Below, in pieces: positions 39,815 to 41,334 of a stretch of 41,334 nt of DNA. A model generated the notes under the pieces. It saw only the letters and a program-made list of their open reading frames with translations. It did no database searches and had not been told where the DNA came from. The stretch lies in NCBI GenBank assembly GCA_022823105.1, contig JAJDXU010000005.1:1-41334 (forward strand), written 5' to 3'. The first letter of the stretch is position 1. Each line of letters starts with the position of its first letter. Source of the stretch: Dehalococcoidia bacterium (GTDB lineage: Bacteria; Chloroflexota; Dehalococcoidia; Lucifugimonadales; UBA3495). Both the position numbers and the translations under genes were made by a program.

Positions 39815-40744
39815 ATGGAAGTATTAGTATCCGGGTCCCTGGCCATCGACCGCATCATGACGTTTCCCGGGCGCTTCGGCGACCACATCGTGCCCGAGCG
39901 GGTGCACCAGATCAACCTGAGCTTCACGGTGGACGGGTTCAACGCCTACTTCGGCGGCACGGCCGGCAACATCGCGTACTCCCTGGCGATGCTGGGGCAG
40001 ACGCCGCGGCTGATCGCGGCCATCGGCAACGACTACCGGGACTACTTCACGCGGCTGGCGGCGAACGGCATCCCCACGGACGACGTGAAAATCGTCGAGG
40101 ACGAGGCCACGGCCTCGGCCTTCATCGTCACCGACCTGGCCGACAACCAGATCACCGGGTTTAACCCGGGAGCGATGAAGCACGCGGCTGGTTTTGACTT
40201 CAGCCAGGTGGACCCGGCGGACACCATCAACATCGTCAGCCCCGGCAACCTCACCGATATGTCCAACTTCACGGCGGATGGCAAGCAGGCCGGCGTCTAC
40301 ACCATTTTCGATCCAGGCCAGTCGCTGCCGGTTTGGGACGCCGAGGGCCTGACCGAGTGCATCCGCAACAGCGACCTGCTGATCGCCAACGACTACGAGA
40401 TGGCGCTGATCTCAGAACGTACGGGCATCGACAAGGGCGGGCTGATGCAGTTGACGGGCGCGATGGTCACCACCCTGGGCGAGCAGGGCACCCGCATCAC
40501 CACCGCAGACGGGGAGGTCATTGTGCCGTGCGTGCCCACGGACAACGTGGTGGACCCGACGGGCGCCGGCGACGCCTTCCGTGGCGGGTTCATCCTCGGC
40601 CTGATCCGCAAGGAGGGCCTGGAACGGGCGGCGCAGATCGGCTCCGCGTGCGCCCACTTCGTGATCCAGCAGCGTGGAACGCAGGAGTACCGCTACACCA
40701 TGGACGAACTGGAGGCGGTGCTGGCCCGGACCTACGGCGGGTAA
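39815..40744 (+). CDS. PfkB-family carbohydrate/nucleoside kinase
   Basis: Track ORF trimmed to ATG 39815 (AAGGAAG upstream). It starts MEVLVSGSLAIDRIM and has FGGTAGNIAYSL and DPTGAGDAFRGGF (PfkB signature 2). Confidence 0.85.
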   Translation: MEVLVSGSLAIDRIMTFPGRFGDHIVPERVHQINLSFTVDGFNAYFGGTAGNIAYSLAMLGQTPRLIAAIGNDYRDYFTRLAANGIPTDDVKIVEDEATASAFIVTDLADNQITGFNPGAMKHAAGFDFSQVDPADTINIVSPGNLTDMSNFTADGKQAGVYTIFDPGQSLPVWDAEGLTECIRNSDLLIANDYEMALISERTGIDKGGLMQLTGAMVTTLGEQGTRITTADGEVIVPCVPTDNVVDPTGAGDAFRGGFILGLIRKEGLERAAQIGSACAHFVIQQRGTQEYRYTMDELEAVLARTYGG

Positions 40745-41140
40745 ACCTACGGTCGGTAAACCTGCTGCCGGCAGCAATCCTCAAGCGTGCCCGCTGAAAA
40801 CCCCCAGCTCCGACACCTCCGGTCCCGGTGACACTTCCGCCTTGCTCTGACCCCTACCCCTTCCGTACCATATTACCCAGCGCCCCATATCCAACCCGCC
40901 ACCCGGACCTGCGAAGGCCGTCCCAATTCCCACGTCCCAACACCAAAAACCTTGCTCCCCCCAACCTGCCCATCTGACCGTCAATTCCACTGAAATCGCC
41001 GCCAAAACCCTGCCATCGGCCCCCATTCAGCCCCACCACTCGCCCAATGCCCTACTTGAACGAGCGGAAATGAGAGGATATGAGCGGGAAATCGGTTTTT
41101 CCGTCCTTTCACCACGTAATTGCAAAGCGGGTACGCTTGA

Positions 41141-41309
41141 GGCACAGGGCTATCGCACATGACCGGTTTAGTATCGTCATGCCGGCGAAAGCCGGTATCC
41201 ATTGACCGAAGTCGACTGTTTCCATGGGAATATCAAGCCATTCACAGGTTCTGGACTCCGGCTTTCGCCGGAGTGACAGGTGAGTGATTTCATATGCGAT
41301 AGCCCTGCC
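41141..41309. repeat. inverted pair of repeat modules of about 60 nt (MITE-like or palindromic element)
   Basis: The left end GGCACAGGGCTATCGCACATGA (41141..41162) matches the reverse complement of the right end TCATATGCGATAGCCCTGCC (41290..41309). Each arm also carries GTCAnnCCGGCGAAAGCCGGnnTCCA; the hairpin cores are at 41182..41195 and 41258..41271. Confidence 0.8.
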
Positions 41310-41334
41310 AACGTGTCTTATGCAATGCAAAGCT

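Noticed and set aside
40781-41039. Gly/Trp-rich minus-strand ORFs (81 and 61 aa)
   Set aside because: Their composition simply mirrors the C-skewed plus strand. The ORFs overlap each other and show no RBS or motifs.
41141-41309. Retron msr/msd locus or integron attC site, suggested by flanking inverted repeats and internal hairpins
   Set aside because: No reverse transcriptase or integrase is visible, since the window ends at 41334. The two arms are homologous modules rather than an a1/a2 pair around distinct msr/msd stems, and no attC R/L core sites were recognised. It is retained only as a generic inverted repeat.

Overview
GC-rich bacterial chromosomal window; the lineage cannot be established from the sequence alone. 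Positions 1-20445 on the minus strand hold an almost complete str/S10/spc/alpha ribosomal supercluster: rpsL-rpsG-fusA, then rpsJ through rpsQ, then rplN through rplO with secY-adk-map-infA-rpmJ, then rpsM-rpsK-rpsD-rpoA-rplQ, followed by the 5' part of truA. No tuf gene lies between fusA and rpsJ. The plus-strand half (20.8-40.7 kb) is a housekeeping and accessory mix. It carries otsA/otsB, three further HAD-family hydrolases, a NuoE/NuoF/FdhA-like flavo-iron-sulfur module followed by an Fpr-type reductase, mutS, mutL, an HpcH-type aldolase, a DUF192 lipoprotein-like gene and a PfkB kinase. Four observations stand out. (1) and (2): two thioredoxin-fold genes, one DsbA/FrnE-like and one ArsC/Spx-like, appear N-terminally truncated in the ORF track. 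In each, an in-frame TGA sits exactly at the first Cys of the CxxC redox motif (UPWC and USSC) and a hairpin follows at SECIS-like distance, so both are candidate selenoproteins. (3): mutS carries an in-frame TAG at the Glu of the Phe-X-Glu mismatch-recognition motif. (4): the 948-aa FdhA/NuoG-like subunit lacks the Cys/Sec-His molybdenum-ligand dyad, although the organism appears to decode Sec. Smaller items are a 67-nt tandem repeat upstream of the NuoE-like gene, an inverted two-module repeat and a strongly C-skewed tract at the right end, structured spacers inside the S10 operon, and low-complexity tails on several ribosomal proteins. No rRNA, tRNA, CRISPR array, transposase or integrase was seen.
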